Below, piece by piece: positions 14,869 through 28,507 of a stretch of 64,000 nucleotides of DNA. Each line of letters opens with the position of its first letter. Position 1 is the stretch's first letter. Source of the DNA: Tubiluchus corallicola (lineage: Eukaryota > Animalia > Priapulida); assembly GCA_030141605.1 (NCBI GenBank), contig JAQGDQ010000555.1:78948-142947 (forward strand), written 5' to 3'. The notes below the pieces were generated by a model. That model was not told the origin of the DNA. It ran no database searches and saw only the letters and a program-made list of their open reading frames with translations. The position numbers were made by a program, and so were the translations under genes.

Positions 14869-15065
14869 GATATGTGCTGATGTTTTTTTTAATTTTGTAA
14901 ACTGACATTACTACCTGTGTAGAACTTTTCAAGTAGAATGTGCGGGGGGTGTCGACTGACTAAAGTCACAAAGTCACCAAATTCATACTGGTGCAATTAA
15001 TTTGAGAGAACCAATGAGTTGGTATTGGCTGTTGATGCACTGATCTCTTGTTTAATCAATTTCAG

Positions 15066-15228
15066 GTTTAAGTTGAATGTCTGGGACGTCGGTGGACAAA
15101 AGTCTCTGAGGTCTTACTGGCGTAATTATTTTGAGAGCACCGACGGGTTGATATGGGTTGTTGACAGTGCCGATCGACGTCGACTTGGCGATTGTAAGAA
15201 AGAACTGCATTCATTACTTGTAGAAGAG
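15066..15228 (+). CDS. ARL2: ARL2 coding exon 3
   Basis: [36 protein letters not shown]...LLVEE; ttcag/gtgagt boundaries. Confidence 0.97.
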
Positions 15229-15569
15229 GTGAGTTATCCTAGCAATGGCCTATTTGCTTGGAAAGGGTCTTTAGAAGCTCGTGTTCAATACTGTAATTGT
15301 CTGTGCTCACTTATTTAGGATTTCTGTTAGTTTGTACTATTCATGTATCTTTAAATGTTTGGTTGTTTTACGTTCAAAATGGATTATCAAATAATCCCTT
15401 AGTAGAACAGTGAAAATGCAGGGTGCTCCAAGCCAGTGGCAGCTTGTGTATAGGTACTGTGGAACTACAGCTTTCCCTATTCTCTCTTGACATTATCAGT
15501 AATATTCAATATGATAAGATCTACTCTTCTTTAATTCCTTCTTTCTGCTTCTATGGAACCAGAGCACGT

Positions 15570-16225
15570 AATGGAACTGTGTTGTTCACTGGTCCAGCAC
15601 TGTGCATTTCATAGGTCCAGCAACATCATAATGGAACTGTGCTGTTCACAGGTCCAGCACTGTGCATTTCATAGGTCCAGCAACATCGTAATGGAACTGT
15701 GTTGTTCACAGGTCCAGCACTGTGCATGTCATAGGTCCAGCAACATCATAATGGAACTGTGCTGTTCACAGGTCCAGCACTGTGCATTTCATAGGTCCAG
15801 CAACATCATAATGGAACTGTGTTGTTCACAGGTCCAGCACTGTGCATTTCATAGGTCCAGCAACATCGTAATGGAACTGTGTTGTTCACAGGTCCAGCAC
15901 CGTGCACTTCATAGGTCCAGCAACATCGTAATGGAACTGTGTTGTTCACAGGTCCAGCATTGTGCACTTCATAGGTCCAGCAACATCGTAATGGAACTGT
16001 GTTGTTCACAGGTCCAGCACTGTGCATTTCATAGGTCCAGCAACATCATAATGGAACTGTGTTGTTCACAGGTCCAGCACTGTGCATTTCATAGGTCCAG
16101 CAACGTCATAATGGAACTGTGTTGTTCGTAGGTCCAGCACTGTGCACTTTATAGTTTCAGCAACATCATAATGGAACTGTGTTGTTCACAGGTCCAGCAC
16201 TGTGCATTTCATAGGTCCAGCACTG
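15570..16225. repeat. 60-bp minisatellite, about 11 copies (ARL2 intron 3)
   Basis: Lines repeat in register at a 60-bp period. Confidence 0.96.
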
Positions 16226-16893
16226 TGCCCTTCGTAGGTCCAAAATGTACCCTTCATGGGTTCAGCAATGTTGTGTTTGGCTGCTAGTAGCATCTGCTAC
16301 TAGGTAGAGAAAGTACTTTCCCTCACGCAGTGAGGTCAGTTGTCATGTGCTCAAACCCCGTGTACTGGAAATATTCTTGAACTACATCAGTTTAGGCTAT
16401 TCGTAAGCAAAATGTATTTTTATTTAGGATTTTATCAAATTATATACAAATTTTTTGTTTGCTTGAAATTCCAATTACAAATTACAACAATAAAATTACA
16501 TGTTTGTCTCATTTTACACTGTATTAAAACAGTGGTTAAACATTGTCTGAAGCAACAACCCCACTAATTTTAGCTACTAAATGCCACCATTACAAACTGC
16601 AGGTTATTATTAGGCAACAAAAGGGAAAAACGCTTGATACTAATACTGATGCTCTGTTTTGGAGCACAGGAATAATAATCCCAGATCTCTGGTTCAAATC
16701 CCGACTAGTCTACAATTTTTCAGCATTTTTTTTCTTTCTCCAATTTTTAACCCTCAATGGGAAATAATTGTTAAAAACGATCATCAGTGGTTTGTAATCA
16801 CTCCGCTAATCACAGTCATAATCTTGCTAATTAATTATGTTGTCAGCTGCCAGCTCATTTGAGAAAAGTGTTGACACCTGATACTAAAATTAT

Positions 16894-17216
16894 TTCAGTT
16901 TCGGTAATATCCCTGTGCACAATACGTACTAGTAAACGTATACAATGTGCACATAGAAAACAACATATGTTTGCTAGACAGAAGTGGGGAGACTTTGAAT
17001 TTCAGTCTCGGTAATATCCCTGTGCACAATACGTACTAGTAAACGTATACAATGTGCACATATAAAACAACATATGTTTGCCAGACAGAAGTGGGGAGAC
17101 TTTGAATTTCAGTCTCGATAATATCCCTGTGCACAATACGTACTAGTAAACGTATACAATGTGCACATAGAAAACAACATATGTTTGCCAGACAGAAGCG
17201 GGGAGACTCTGAATTT
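16894..17216. repeat. 107-bp tandem repeat, 3 copies
   Basis: Units start at about 16894, 17001 and 17108. Confidence 0.9.
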
Positions 17217-17544
17217 GCCGATTCTCCATATTTTCCGATGCTAAACTAATACAGTAGACGCCATGTGTTAGAATCACGGTAATGTAGAATCAATCACCTA
17301 ATTGCCTCAAAAACGTCTAGTATGGGCCGCCCTATGCAAAATTGTAGAAAAGCTGTTGGCAATTAACTCTGCATAATTGATTCTATATTTTTACACATAG
17401 AGATATGCATGTGGTCACACTGATGTACGTAATGTAAACCCGATCGGCTCGCGAAATAACAGACTGTGTCCGTATTACATGAGAATTTTAACTGACCAAA
17501 TTTTGTCCGAATTTTCCGATATCCGCAAAAGTCTGGCAAACCAC

Positions 17545-18116
17545 AACAATAAGCTTACAAGCATGTAATGAGAACATCCTAAGCACTGATGGATCACAGT
17601 AATAAGCTTACAAGCATGTAATGAGAACATCCTAAGTACTGATGGGCCACAATAATAAGCTTACAAGCATGTAATGAGAACATCCTAAGTACTGATGGGT
17701 CACAGTAATAAGCTTACAAGCATGTAATGAGAACATCCTAAGCACTGATGGATCACAGTGATAAGCTTACAAGCATGTAATGAGAACATCCTAAGTACTG
17801 ATGGGTCACAGTAATAAGCTTACAAGCATGTAATGAGAACATCCTAAGTACTGATGGGCCACAGTAATAAGCTTACAAGCATGTAATGAGAACATCCTAA
17901 GTACTGATGGGCCACAGTAATAAGCTTACAAGCATGTAATGAGAACATCCTAAGTACTGATGGGCCACAGTAATAAGCTTACAAGCATGTAATGAGAACA
18001 TCCTAAGTACTGATGGGCCACAGTAATAAGCTTGCAAGCATGTAATGAGAACATCCTAAGTACTGATGGACCACAATAATAAGCTTACAAGCATGTAATG
18101 AGAACATCCTAAGTAC
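17545..18116. repeat. 53-bp minisatellite, about 11 copies
   Basis: Unit AATAAGCTTACAAGCATGTAATGAGAACATCCTAAGTACTGATGGGCCACAGT. Confidence 0.96.
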
Positions 18117-18234
18117 CATCCGACACTTAGGACACTAAGTTCAACTTTTTCTTTAGTTTTCTTTTTATTTATTTTTTTTCCTTTGAAACAGATTTTAATA
18201 TTTTATTTTAATGTGTTTGTTTGTTTGTTTCTAG

Positions 18235-18315
18235 AGACTAGCTGGAGCTACTCTCTTAGTATTTGCAAATAAACAGGATTTACCTGGTGCATTGACTGGT
18301 GATAATCTCAGACAG
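18235..18315 (+). CDS. ARL2: ARL2 coding exon 4 (NKQD)
   Basis: RLAGATLLVFANKQDLPGALTGDNLRQ; ctag/gtgagt boundaries. Confidence 0.96.
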
Positions 18316-19204
18316 GTGAGTAAAGTTTTTCTCCGTGTTTGCATACCTGTTGAATAACTTTTGTAATTAAGTTGTTCTTTCTTAACTTACAATATTTTCT
18401 CATTAGATTGCTGTAGCACAAAATTTTAAATTTGCTTCGCTAGACCCGTTGTAATTTCATGCAAATCTTTATAATGTGTTTTATGGCAAAATGGTTTCTA
18501 GGGTGAGGACAAATGATTTCAAATTTTTTTCGATGTTCGATTTTAGCTGACAGTGTTCGATTTGATACAATTCAACTTCGATTTTTGGTGAAGAAGAGTT
18601 TTTCAACCTATGCAAGTGTATTTCTTGATTTGATTGTCAGTACGTTTATCCCTAACTCCAGTGCACTGCTAAATTACTTGCATTACAAGTATTAGCACAC
18701 TCAGTGAAAATTTTCAGCACAAAACTTCTTGAACTTGCGCCATCTTGTGCCGTCAGGTTTAATAAACGCTTAGTGCACATGGCTGTAGATGTTCTTGCAT
18801 TAAGGAAACCGAAGATTTTTTTGCCATTAAGCAGCGGTCCAACGTTGAGGATGGAAAAATTGAATTTTTAATCGTAGCAGCAAGCTGTTTTTCGATGTTG
18901 AAGAATTAAATGTTGATTTGATAGTTGCGCAATATTTGTTAGTACTCCAATTTCCTGTCCCTTTATCTAGACAAAACTTTGTTTATTATGAGATTATTTA
19001 CCCTGACTATGCTTGAAGGCAGTCAGAGTCAAGAAGTAGTCCAGTCACATTGTTTCTAATGCTAATTATTTGGTACCATGATTAAGTTCTTTGGAAAGTG
19101 TGTATGAAGAGTAGTAAAAACAATGGCAAAATATTTGATTTCTTAGCATTTGGCAGTCAGTAACTGCATTTTTTCTATGATTATGACATGAAACTTGATA
19201 ACTT

Positions 19205-19757
19205 TTTTCTCTAGTTCTTGGATTTGGATAGCATAGTAACACATCATTGGAACATTGTTACATGGAGTGTTGTTACTAATGATTCAATCACTTCGTGTTT
19301 TATTCTCTAGTTGCTGGATTTGGATAGCATAGTAACACATCACTGGAACATTGTTACATGCAGTGCTGTTACTAATGATTCAATCACTTCGTGTTTTATT
19401 CTCTAGTTGCTGGATTTGGATAGCATAGTAACACATCACTGGAACATTGTTACATGTAGTGTTGTTACCAATGATTCAATCACTTCGTGTTTTATTCTCT
19501 AGTTGTTGGATTTGGATAGCATAGTAACTCATCACTGGAACATTGTTACATGCAGTGCTGTTACTAATGATTCAATCACTTCGTGTTTTATTCTCTAGTT
19601 GTTGGATTTGGATAGCATAGTAACTCATCACTGGAACATTGTTACATGCAGTGCTGTTACTAATGATTCAATCACTTCGTGTTTTATTCTCTAGTTGTTG
19701 GATTTGGATAGCATAGTAACACATCACTGGAACATTGTTACATGCAGTGCTGTTACT
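19205..19757 (+). repeat. 96-bp tandem repeat made of the ARL2 exon-5 acceptor plus the 5' half of the exon (6 copies)
   Basis: Exon-start copies at 19215, 19311, 19407, 19503, 19599 and 19695. Confidence 0.95.
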
Positions 19758-19829
19758 GGAGATAATCTACTTCATGGTGTTAACTGGATTATTGATGACA
19801 TTTCTTCAAGGATATTTACCATGGACTGA
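19695..19829 (+). CDS. ARL2: ARL2 coding exon 5 (total 184 aa)
   Basis: [44 protein letters not shown]; exons sum to 555 nt. A donor GTGAGT at 19835 suggests a 3' UTR intron. Confidence 0.95.
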   Translation: MLDLDSIVTHHWNIVTCSAVTGDNLLHGVNWIIDDISSRIFTMD

Positions 19830-20589
19830 ATGAGGTGAGTGTTGAATCTTCATTTTCATGTTCTTATGTATTATTGCTTTTACATTATTCCATGATTTAT
19901 GTCATTTGGCAGGCACTTATGAAGATGTGAACTGATTTATGATCTGCCACCATATGACACATGTGCTGCCATCTATAGTATATTTATTTATAAAACAGGA
20001 AATAAGATGTTGATATTTTGATGGTATATTACTCTTGTGACTGTTAGTCTGTGACTACTGTTTGTTAGTGAATTATAGGAAAACAACAACTACATCCTTT
20101 GTGTTTATTTAGTTGGTTATTAAGCAGAAGGAAAGGCATTTCCAATTAATATTTGAGTTTTCCTCGAAACAGCTACTGTAACAGCGAAATCCTTGTTCTT
20201 TGATCAATTCCGCCCTTGTAAACTAAGGTATTTTGTTAAGTTTTTACGCATAAATCTTAAGCTGGTGAATTAACACCAGCTGGAATGCAATGCTTTGTGC
20301 TTTCAGTGCATGTTCATTTTCATCATAACTCTCTGTGCACTGGTCTCTTCTCTTGTCTACTGCAGTAGTGAGCAAATCAACAGATCTCTGTTTTTCCGTT
20401 TTCCGACTTTCTATACGATTAATTCCCGATTCAGTGCTAGCTTGTAGATTCAATCAGTTTTTGTTAGATGAGTCTTGACAGTCTGCACCACTGGTTACAT
20501 TTGCAGACCAGGGAGCAGTCAGGTCATCTGACTCAGATGTGTACTGGCTTGAATAAGTACACAGCTATGTCGTTTAGTTTCTACTGAAA

Positions 20590-20672
20590 CCTGATCTGTT
20601 GTTTCTACTGTAACAAGATCTGTTGTTTCTATTGTAACATGATCTGTTGTTTCTACTGTAACCTGATCTGTT
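20590..20672. repeat. 24-bp short tandem repeat, about 3.5 copies
   Basis: GATCTGTTGTTTCTACTGTAAC repeated. Confidence 0.8.
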
Positions 20673-23600
20673 GGGGGAGTTTCAGAAGCTGGTAACAAAG
20701 TTAGTGTTTCGGTCTTCAGTTGACGCAGGTCCTAGGAGAGAAGCTAACAAAAACAAGGGCATTACACACATAATGTAAATATAACAAAAATGAGAGCAAT
20801 ATATGCAAGTATACGCCCATAGTAGAGAAAATCTTACAATAAATGAGGACATTACAAGATTAAAACAAGAATATTTCGAATAAAAGCAGTTATTAATTTA
20901 AAAAATTAAAAATGCTTCATGAAAACGAAAGACAATTGTAGAAACAAGTTTGCATCATCATGTGTACTTGCAAATAATTCTTCAGGGTTCTTGTAAGTAA
21001 AATTTTACTACTATGTAAAAAAGTAATAACTGTATGGATAACATCTCTTTTTAGTGATCATGATTCTACTGGAGGTTTTATTATCTTCATCTCTTAAACA
21101 CTATGCTTTTATATAAAAAAATTACATAACGTCAAGATAAAAGACAAAGTGAAAACTGTTGTTTAATTCTTTTTTTATTTACATACCATGTTTAGATTCG
21201 AAATACAAATTAGCATTGTCAGTCATTGTTGATATCAAAGTTTAATACTGTAGACTTGTACAGTAATGTTTGCACTTTGACAAAGATGACCAAAACAAGA
21301 CTCATAATGCAGGCTAGCATCACAAAAATTGATATGTTCAAGCTATTTAATCAAACAAATTATAAAAAACATTTACTGTAAATGATTAACGTTCTTGAGC
21401 GTTTTTAAGAATAAAACACCCATAAGTTATTATTTCCCAAATTTGTTATTTAATGCTAACAATGCCGATAATAATTATCCGTTTCAATAAAGAACAAAAG
21501 TTCCAATCAGATCTTATTCAAACTCATCTATCTTATTAGTCTGTTCGCCAATTTCGACTAGATAATAATACACGTTTTGGTTTCAGATTATAATGAAATC
21601 ATATGTCGCATTTTATCAACTTCAAACTTGCTTAGTTTTAAGAAACATTTAGCAATTATTAGAAACAGTTTAGCAGTTATATTAAACAGATAATTAAATC
21701 AACAATTAACGAAAATAGCAGTTTTAAACTGAAATAATAGTAACAGTACTTTACATTGAATTAAAAAATCATTACAATATATACAATATATACAAAAATG
21801 TTTACCAAGCTTTACCTTAAAAAGAAAGTAATACAAATTTCAATTTAAGTGCTGTATGACAGTAATGAATACATACCTATTTAGCGACATACAACTCATG
21901 TGAAAAACTGCAACCTGCGCATGCGTAGATTCAGTCAAAATGTCAAACTAAACGTGTAAATCTAGAACAATCAAATTCATTACAAAACCGAATAAACAGC
22001 AAATGAAATAAACGAGACATTGAACTATTATGTTGTATAATTAACACTTGCAAAGGTTGTCAAATTTCAATCTCACAGACTGCTTTGCATATTTAACTTA
22101 GGATCTCATCAAAAGAAAAACAACACAAAAATGTTCCACCCTAAGATATGTAAAAACAGCTGGCACTTTTGCTAATTTAGAAAAGCGCCCCATGCAAAAT
22201 TAAACATAAATGTTTAAGTTTATCGGTTCATATACTACAATTTTAAATTTGTAACTAGGTATTGTTAATGATCTAGTTATCAATGGAATCAATGTTCAAA
22301 CGTCAGTTACATACATCGATAACGATCAGTAGCGGCTCGTAGCTAAAATTAGTGGGGGTGCTGCAAAATTAAAATTTTTAGCCATTGTGTTAATACACTG
22401 TAAAACAAAACAAACATGTGTAATTATAATGTTGTAATTGTAATTTTAAACAAACGGACTAATTTGAAGATAACTTTGATAAACTCTTAAACAAAAAAAT
22501 GTTTTCTTACTAATAGGCTAAATTGCCTCAGCTTATTTAATGTTGTAATTGTATTTTTAAACAAACGAACTAATTTAAACATAATCTTAATTAAACTCTT
22601 AAACAAGAAATACTATTTTCTGACTACACGGTTCTAAAGCAGGTGACAATTGACAACACGTACTGCAATGAGCGACAGTACTCTTTCTACCTAAAGTACA
22701 GCGTCTTATCTCAGACATTCGCATGACCGCATGCGCACAGGAGCCATACAGCACATTGCTTTAGCTGTGAAGCAATAATCAAAAGTAATGAGTGAAAATG
22801 AGGTACAGCAGTACCTATATACGAGCCGTACTAATATGGACATGAAAAACAGATCAAATAATAATTACAATATGATACATTCCAATTTTCCAATTCTTTT
22901 CCCCGTTTCCTTCATCGTTTTTTCTTTAGACGATTCTACTTTATCGCTACAATGAACAGAGGACAATCAAACCAAGATACTTCAAGCATCGAACAATATT
23001 TACATAGCATATTTTTATAGTCAAAAGCACACAATTTGAAAATAAAAGTCCTAAAACCCTTTCTTACCATTACAACATTTACAATTCAAAGTGCTTTACA
23101 AATACAAGATCAAAAACCAAGTTTATAAAAAGGCAGCTTAATCACAACTTAGTGACTTGTATTGACCAACAAGAGGACAAATACAGAGTGAGCCACGTAA
23201 AATGGCAACAAAAAATCCCCTAGCCATATTGCATTTGACTTACACTTGCTAGTGTTTCTCGCGCAATACGTTATTACATAATGCAACGTATTTCTCACAT
23301 TGTTTGTTAAACTAAGGTAAACATAGAAATAAACTAACTAGCAAAAACTAACATTGTAACACACCACGTAAAGTATTAATTACTCTAACGTGTACATTAA
23401 TGGTGCAAATAGGTATAGCAATTTTCAAAAATTAATGACATTTTTTACAAAACTACACGATAGTGTTGCCACACATTCATTCGTGTCATAGATTCTGACA
23501 CTTCATAGATCATAAGAATCTCTGCATTAAAGGCAAGCGGTAACCAGTTATTACCATACGTCATTGGGTTTCGGAACTTAACTGGACCATTCATATAGCA

Positions 23601-24149
23601 CCCCCATAGCCTAGTTGTTAGTTGGCTATTTCGTTATTTTGCTAGTCATAATCCAACAGTTTTGTTACATTTCTGTTAAGCTGCAAACAGAAAGAAGCAT
23701 ATTCCAATAGACAATATTTACATAGCGTATTTACGTTCGTGTGACTAATAAGCTTTTATGACATTTATATCATCTTAGTTCGCTTTTGTCACATAATATA
23801 CATAGAAACAATAATGTTAAGTACCGTTTTGCATGTAAGCAGGAACGTTTGTCATACGCTAATACGCTAGCCTAATGGTTTGCTTTAGTAGAAGTTCTGG
23901 CTCACTTTTCCAGGAAGTTTAATCAGTTGCTTGCTTGCTGTTATGCCAGGGATGCAGGTACAGTACAGCAAGTACGTCACGATAGCAAGCGAGAGTTTGC
24001 AGACGAAACCACATGCCGGGAGTACGGTCACCACTAACAGTTCAAGCACATTGTATGAACAACACTGTATGCCCACACTGTATCTCTACACTAGGCAGAA
24101 GAGCTACACAAGCAGCCAACAGCTAGAGGGCAGAGGTCAAGTGACCCAA

Positions 24150-24425
24150 CGGCCATGTGTAGAGGAGTAAATCTTCCAAATCAGGAGTGGAGCCCCGAAG
24201 GCGAACCAGTGCAGCATGCTCAATGACTCCAGCAGCTCCTGCAGCCAACCTGGTGCCAAACGTATCGCTCGGCTTTCCTTTGGACTACACCAGGGAGTAA
24301 GAGAGGGGGTTCCTGTTGTCTGGGCAACTCAGGATCTCCATACACCTTGCCCAGGCGTGCGCCCCGGAGACGTACTGCTCAGCCACAGTCGATGCTGCAA
24401 CTCCATCAATGTGATCAGTAACTGA
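24150..24425 (-). mobile_element. Possible RTE-clade LINE 5' UTR / SINE-like fragment
   Basis: GC-rich island; minus-strand GTCCAAAGGAAAGCCGAGCGATACGTTTGGCACCAG resembles RTE/BovB-type 5' sequence from memory, not searched. Confidence 0.4.
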
Positions 24426-25783
24426 CTCTCTTGGTGCGAGAGAGAGAGAGAGGGGGGGGGGGGGAGGGGAGAGATCACTTTAGTATAAGCTCCTTACCTA
24501 TATTGTCCCTTTGCGTTATAAGGAAAAGCAAATCCTATTTGCTTTGTTCAGCGATTTCTGCAAGTCCAATTTGGAACCACTTCAAAAAATGAGCCATTCT
24601 TCATCTTTCTCCAGGTAACTTAAAGCATGTCACAAGCTAGACTTGTGCAGAAAATCTGTGAATCCTCAAGCAAGCTCTCGGATCTTTCCACAACAATTTT
24701 ATTTGTCCGTTGTTGACTATTATTTCACTACCTCGTGCATCCAGCGATTTAATGTAATTAAAATAAATAGTGAAGAGTAAGAATCACCAACTGTCTAAAT
24801 GGCTAGTCTACTTAAGCCCAGGAAAGTAATTAGTTTCTGTTAGATCATTAAATTTTGCAGCACCTTAAGCTGGTCCGTCTAATAAGTAATTACTAAACAG
24901 GTCAGCAACTGAAGAATGAAAAGGTCAGCAAGTCGAAAATTAGATGATTGTAGCAGCAAAAAACAGCAGAGGAAACAATTAGAAAATTAAAGGTTTGACA
25001 GTTTAAGATACTTCCTTGATTTTCTAGGCATACATTGAAATTCTTGATTAGCGATCTTTAAGGTATAGTAGATGCAAACTATGACGAAGTGTTTCACAAG
25101 GTAGCGCACACCGTCAAGCAGAATCTTATATTTTGACATGTGGCATTTGATATTTTATTTTCCTTAATAATGTGAGCGACAGTACTCTGTGCAGCACAGT
25201 ATTGGTCAAATGTAGCTCTAACGTGATTTTCCGCCTGACTAGACCACGTTATGGAGTGGTTGTTGGCACACACAATCGCGTGTCATCATTGTGAAAAGAT
25301 TTCAATGAGATGTATAAATTTTCATTTTCATGAATCTTGGACTCAATTGCAGCAGTAAATAGTTTATCAAATTTAATATTTACAAGATGGATATTTTACA
25401 GTTTAATGTATAATCGTCAGAAAAACACTTACTTATTTCTTGCCTTCTTCATAAAGACTGCTGTCCTCTCTGGCGTTATTGCAAAAGATGTTGCCTTATT
25501 GGAGGAAAATGCTGTTGCCATATACGATGTGGCTCATGATGCTCTTGTTGTCTGGGTCACTTATGTTGTTGTTTATGTTTATGTCTTTGTCGTTGCTGTT
25601 GTACATTTATTATTCCTCCTATTTGTATTTTTACACGTAAACAAGCCGCATTTAATGAACATTTATTTTGACCTAAGCCTAACTGCATCATAAAAAATTG
25701 GGCTAAATGCAAGTGACGTCTGCACATGATATATAAGACTAATGTATGATTATATGGCGATATAATTGATATAATTATAATAT

Positions 25784-26848
25784 TTGTATGTCAGAATAGC
25801 TACCTCCTATATTTTTGTTCTTCTAAACCATGAGGTTGTATGTCAGAATGGCTGTCTTCTACATTTTAGTTCTTCTAAACCACGAGGTTGTATGTCAGAA
25901 TGGCTACCTTCTACATTTTAGTTCTTCTAAACCATGAGGTTGTATGTCAGAATGGCTGTCTTCTACATTTAGTTCTTCTAAACCACGAGGTTGTATGTCA
26001 GAATGGCTACCTTCTACATTTTAGTTCTTCTAAACCATGAGGTTGTATGTCAGAATGGCTACCTCCTATATTTTTGTTCTTCTAAACCACGAGGTTGTAT
26101 GTCAGAATGGCTGTCTTCTACATTTTAGTTCTTCTAAACCACGAGGTTGTATGTCAGAATGGCTACCTTCTACATTTTAGTTCTTCTGAACCATGAGGTT
26201 GTATGTCAGAATGGCTGTCTTCTACATTTTAGTTCTTCTAAACCACGAGGCTGTATGTCAGAATGGCTACCTTCTACATTTTAGTTCTTCTAAACCACGA
26301 GGTTGTATGTCAGAATGGCTGTCTTCTACATTTTAGTTCTTCTAAACCATGAGGTTGTATGTCAGAATGGCTGTCTTCTACATTTTAGTTCTTCTAAACC
26401 ACGAGGTTGTATGTCAGAATGGCTACCTTCTACATTTTAGTTCTTCAAAACCACGAGGTTGTATGTCAGAATGGCTATCTTCTACATTTTAGTTCTTCTA
26501 AACCACGAGGTTGTGTGTCAGAATGGCTGTCTTCTACATTTTAGTTCTGCTAAACCACGAGGTTGTGTGTCAGAATGGCTACCTTCTACACTTTAGTTCT
26601 TCAAAACCACGAGGTTGTATGTCAGAATGGCTGTCTTCTACATTTTAGTTCTTCTAAACCACGAGGTTGTATGTCAGAATGGCTACCTTCTACATTTTAG
26701 TTCTTCAAAACCACGAGGTTGTATGTCAGAATGGCTATCTTCTACATTTTAGTTCTTCTAAACCACGAGGTTGTGTGTCAGAATGGCTGTCTTCTACATT
26801 TTAGTTCTGCTAAACCACGAGGTTGTGTGTCAGAATGGCTACCTTCTA
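25784..26848. repeat. 52-bp satellite array (about 20 units), target of the insertions
   Basis: Unit CTTCTACATTTTAGTTCTTCTAAACCACGAGGTTGTATGTCAGAATGGCTAC; ends at CTTCTA abutting the LINE tail. Confidence 0.97.
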
Positions 26849-26987
26849 TTTTATTATTATTTATTTATTGACCATGGTCAAAGATATATACAAAAAGTCA
26901 TAAGAATCGTTTCGAGATAGTTGCAACATTTAAGAAATTTGGGCTGATCATAGTCCATAGATCACTCAATGTATGGTGTAGTAACAA

Positions 26988-28487
26988 TTAGAGACCAAAA
27001 ATGGCTAGAGCATCGTGTACAAAATTACAAATATCAGCGGGATTTCCGCTGAAGAAAGTCACTAAATCATCAAATATTAAATCGGAATTGTTTCTTAAGA
27101 TACGTGTTTCAGGGCATTCACATATTACGTGCAGTTCTGTTTGGATTTGTCCACATGAACAGAGTCTTCGCTCTCTTTCAATACGGGACCAACGACCAGT
27201 TTCTATGGCAAGGTTGTGTGAGGAAAGTCTGAGCCTTGACGTTTTTATCCGTTTCAGTTCATTAACATTGTCACAGTAAATTCGATGGATAGAGAGTTCA
27301 GGGTTTAGTTGTAAGTATGTGACAAATTTCGTACGGTCAGAAGCGCGGGTCCTATCTTTGATTCTATTCAGGTCATCATCGATAAAATCACCACGGTATC
27401 CAGTTATATTACGCAAATATCGAGCACATGGGGTGTTTGACTCGCGACACAAATTGTAAACAATCATAAACGGATCATCAGGAATATTCACTCTTGAGCG
27501 AACACTCTTATTGAAAAAGCGAGATTGGGTGTCCTTCACAAAACCATTCAGGGAGGGAAGGCCCAACTCTATGAGACACAAATCATTAGCAGTTGTACGT
27601 CGCACACCGAGTAAACATTTGATAACACTAATATACATCCCTTGAATAGGATTAAGGTCATTGAATAGCCAAGACTCACATCCGTAAGTAATTGCAGCAA
27701 GTAGCGCGGCATTTAAAACTAACTTCTTAACTGCGAAAGGATAAGCTGAATTCTTAGAAATAAATGACACGAACTTCAGTACGTGACAATATTTGTCTTC
27801 GCAGTGTTTTTCCAGAGCGGGTTTAAATTTTCCTGTTGAGCTAAAGACAGCACCGAGGTAAACGTAATAGTCACAGTGATTAACAGTAAGGGGGTTCACT
27901 ACGAGGTCCAGACGATCAACAGCATCGCCATTAATAACCATAAATTTAGTCTTTTTTAAGTTCACCTTCATACCGGATTGATCACAGAACTCAATAAGGA
28001 TACTGAGTTTTTGAATAATACCTTCTCTAGATGTTGACAATAAGATTGTATCATCCATCAACATCAAACAGTGTAAATTTCCTAGGAAACCATCGAGACC
28101 ACATCGAGACTTTAATTCACGAATAAGAGGGTTAATATACAGTGTGAAGAGGAAACAGGATGACGGAGAACCCTGCTTCACACCTAATGTAACACCAATA
28201 ACGGCAGCACCAAGGACCAGCTGCGTATTCACATACATGGCAGCAAGAGCAGAAAGCATCACAAGACGACAGCCAAGAGCTCTCAAGGCCCTAATCAAAC
28301 CAGAACGTGGAACTCTATCGTAAGCTTTCGAGAAGTCTACGAAAACGATATATAATTTCCTCTTTTTAAACAGTGCATAGTCCATTAATAGTCTTAGAGT
28401 CACAATCCACTCAATGCAGGATCTACCCTTTTGGGCGCCAGCCTGCTCCCTATCGGGTTTGAACCACATCTCTAAACGAAAAAACAA
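26988..28487 (-). CDS. 5'-truncated non-LTR reverse transcriptase (RTEX/Proto2-like, tentative), copy 1
   Basis: EQAG, FVDFSKAYD, GVKQGSPSS, LMDD, and C-terminal RLSSH.L.IE.GR...C.C...H....C. No endonuclease; begins inside the RT domain. Confidence 0.9.
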   Translation of the reverse strand: MFFRLEMWFKPDREQAGAQKGRSCIEWIVTLRLLMDYALFKKRKLYIVFVDFSKAYDRVPRSGLIRALRALGCRLVMLSALAAMYVNTQLVLGAAVIGVTLGVKQGSPSSCFLFTLYINPLIRELKSRCGLDGFLGNLHCLMLMDDTILLSTSREGIIQKLSILIEFCDQSGMKVNLKKTKFMVINGDAVDRLDLVVNPLTVNHCDYYVYLGAVFSSTGKFKPALEKHCEDKYCHVLKFVSFISKNSAYPFAVKKLVLNAALLAAITYGCESWLFNDLNPIQGMYISVIKCLLGVRRTTANDLCLIELGLPSLNGFVKDTQSRFFNKSVRSRVNIPDDPFMIVYNLCRESNTPCARYLRNITGYRGDFIDDDLNRIKDRTRASDRTKFVTYLQLNPELSIHRIYCDNVNELKRIKTSRLRLSSHNLAIETGRWSRIERERRLCSCGQIQTELHVICECPETRILRNNSDLIFDDLVTFFSGNPADICNFVHDALAIFGL

Positions 28488-28507
28488 GTTATAGTGTTTT
28501 GATATAA

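Noticed and set aside
13479-16131. Long repetitive ORFs (298, 278, 192 aa etc.)
   Set aside because: Intronic minisatellites with periods divisible by three.
20244-20560. Exon-like minus-strand stretch (also 24495-24745 and 25430-25720)
   Set aside because: In-frame stops and no family recognised; at most remnants of a pseudogene.
26988-28487. RT ORF as an autonomous active enzyme
   Set aside because: It starts at TTG inside the RT domain and lacks the N-terminal RT subdomains and endonuclease; best read as a 5' truncation.
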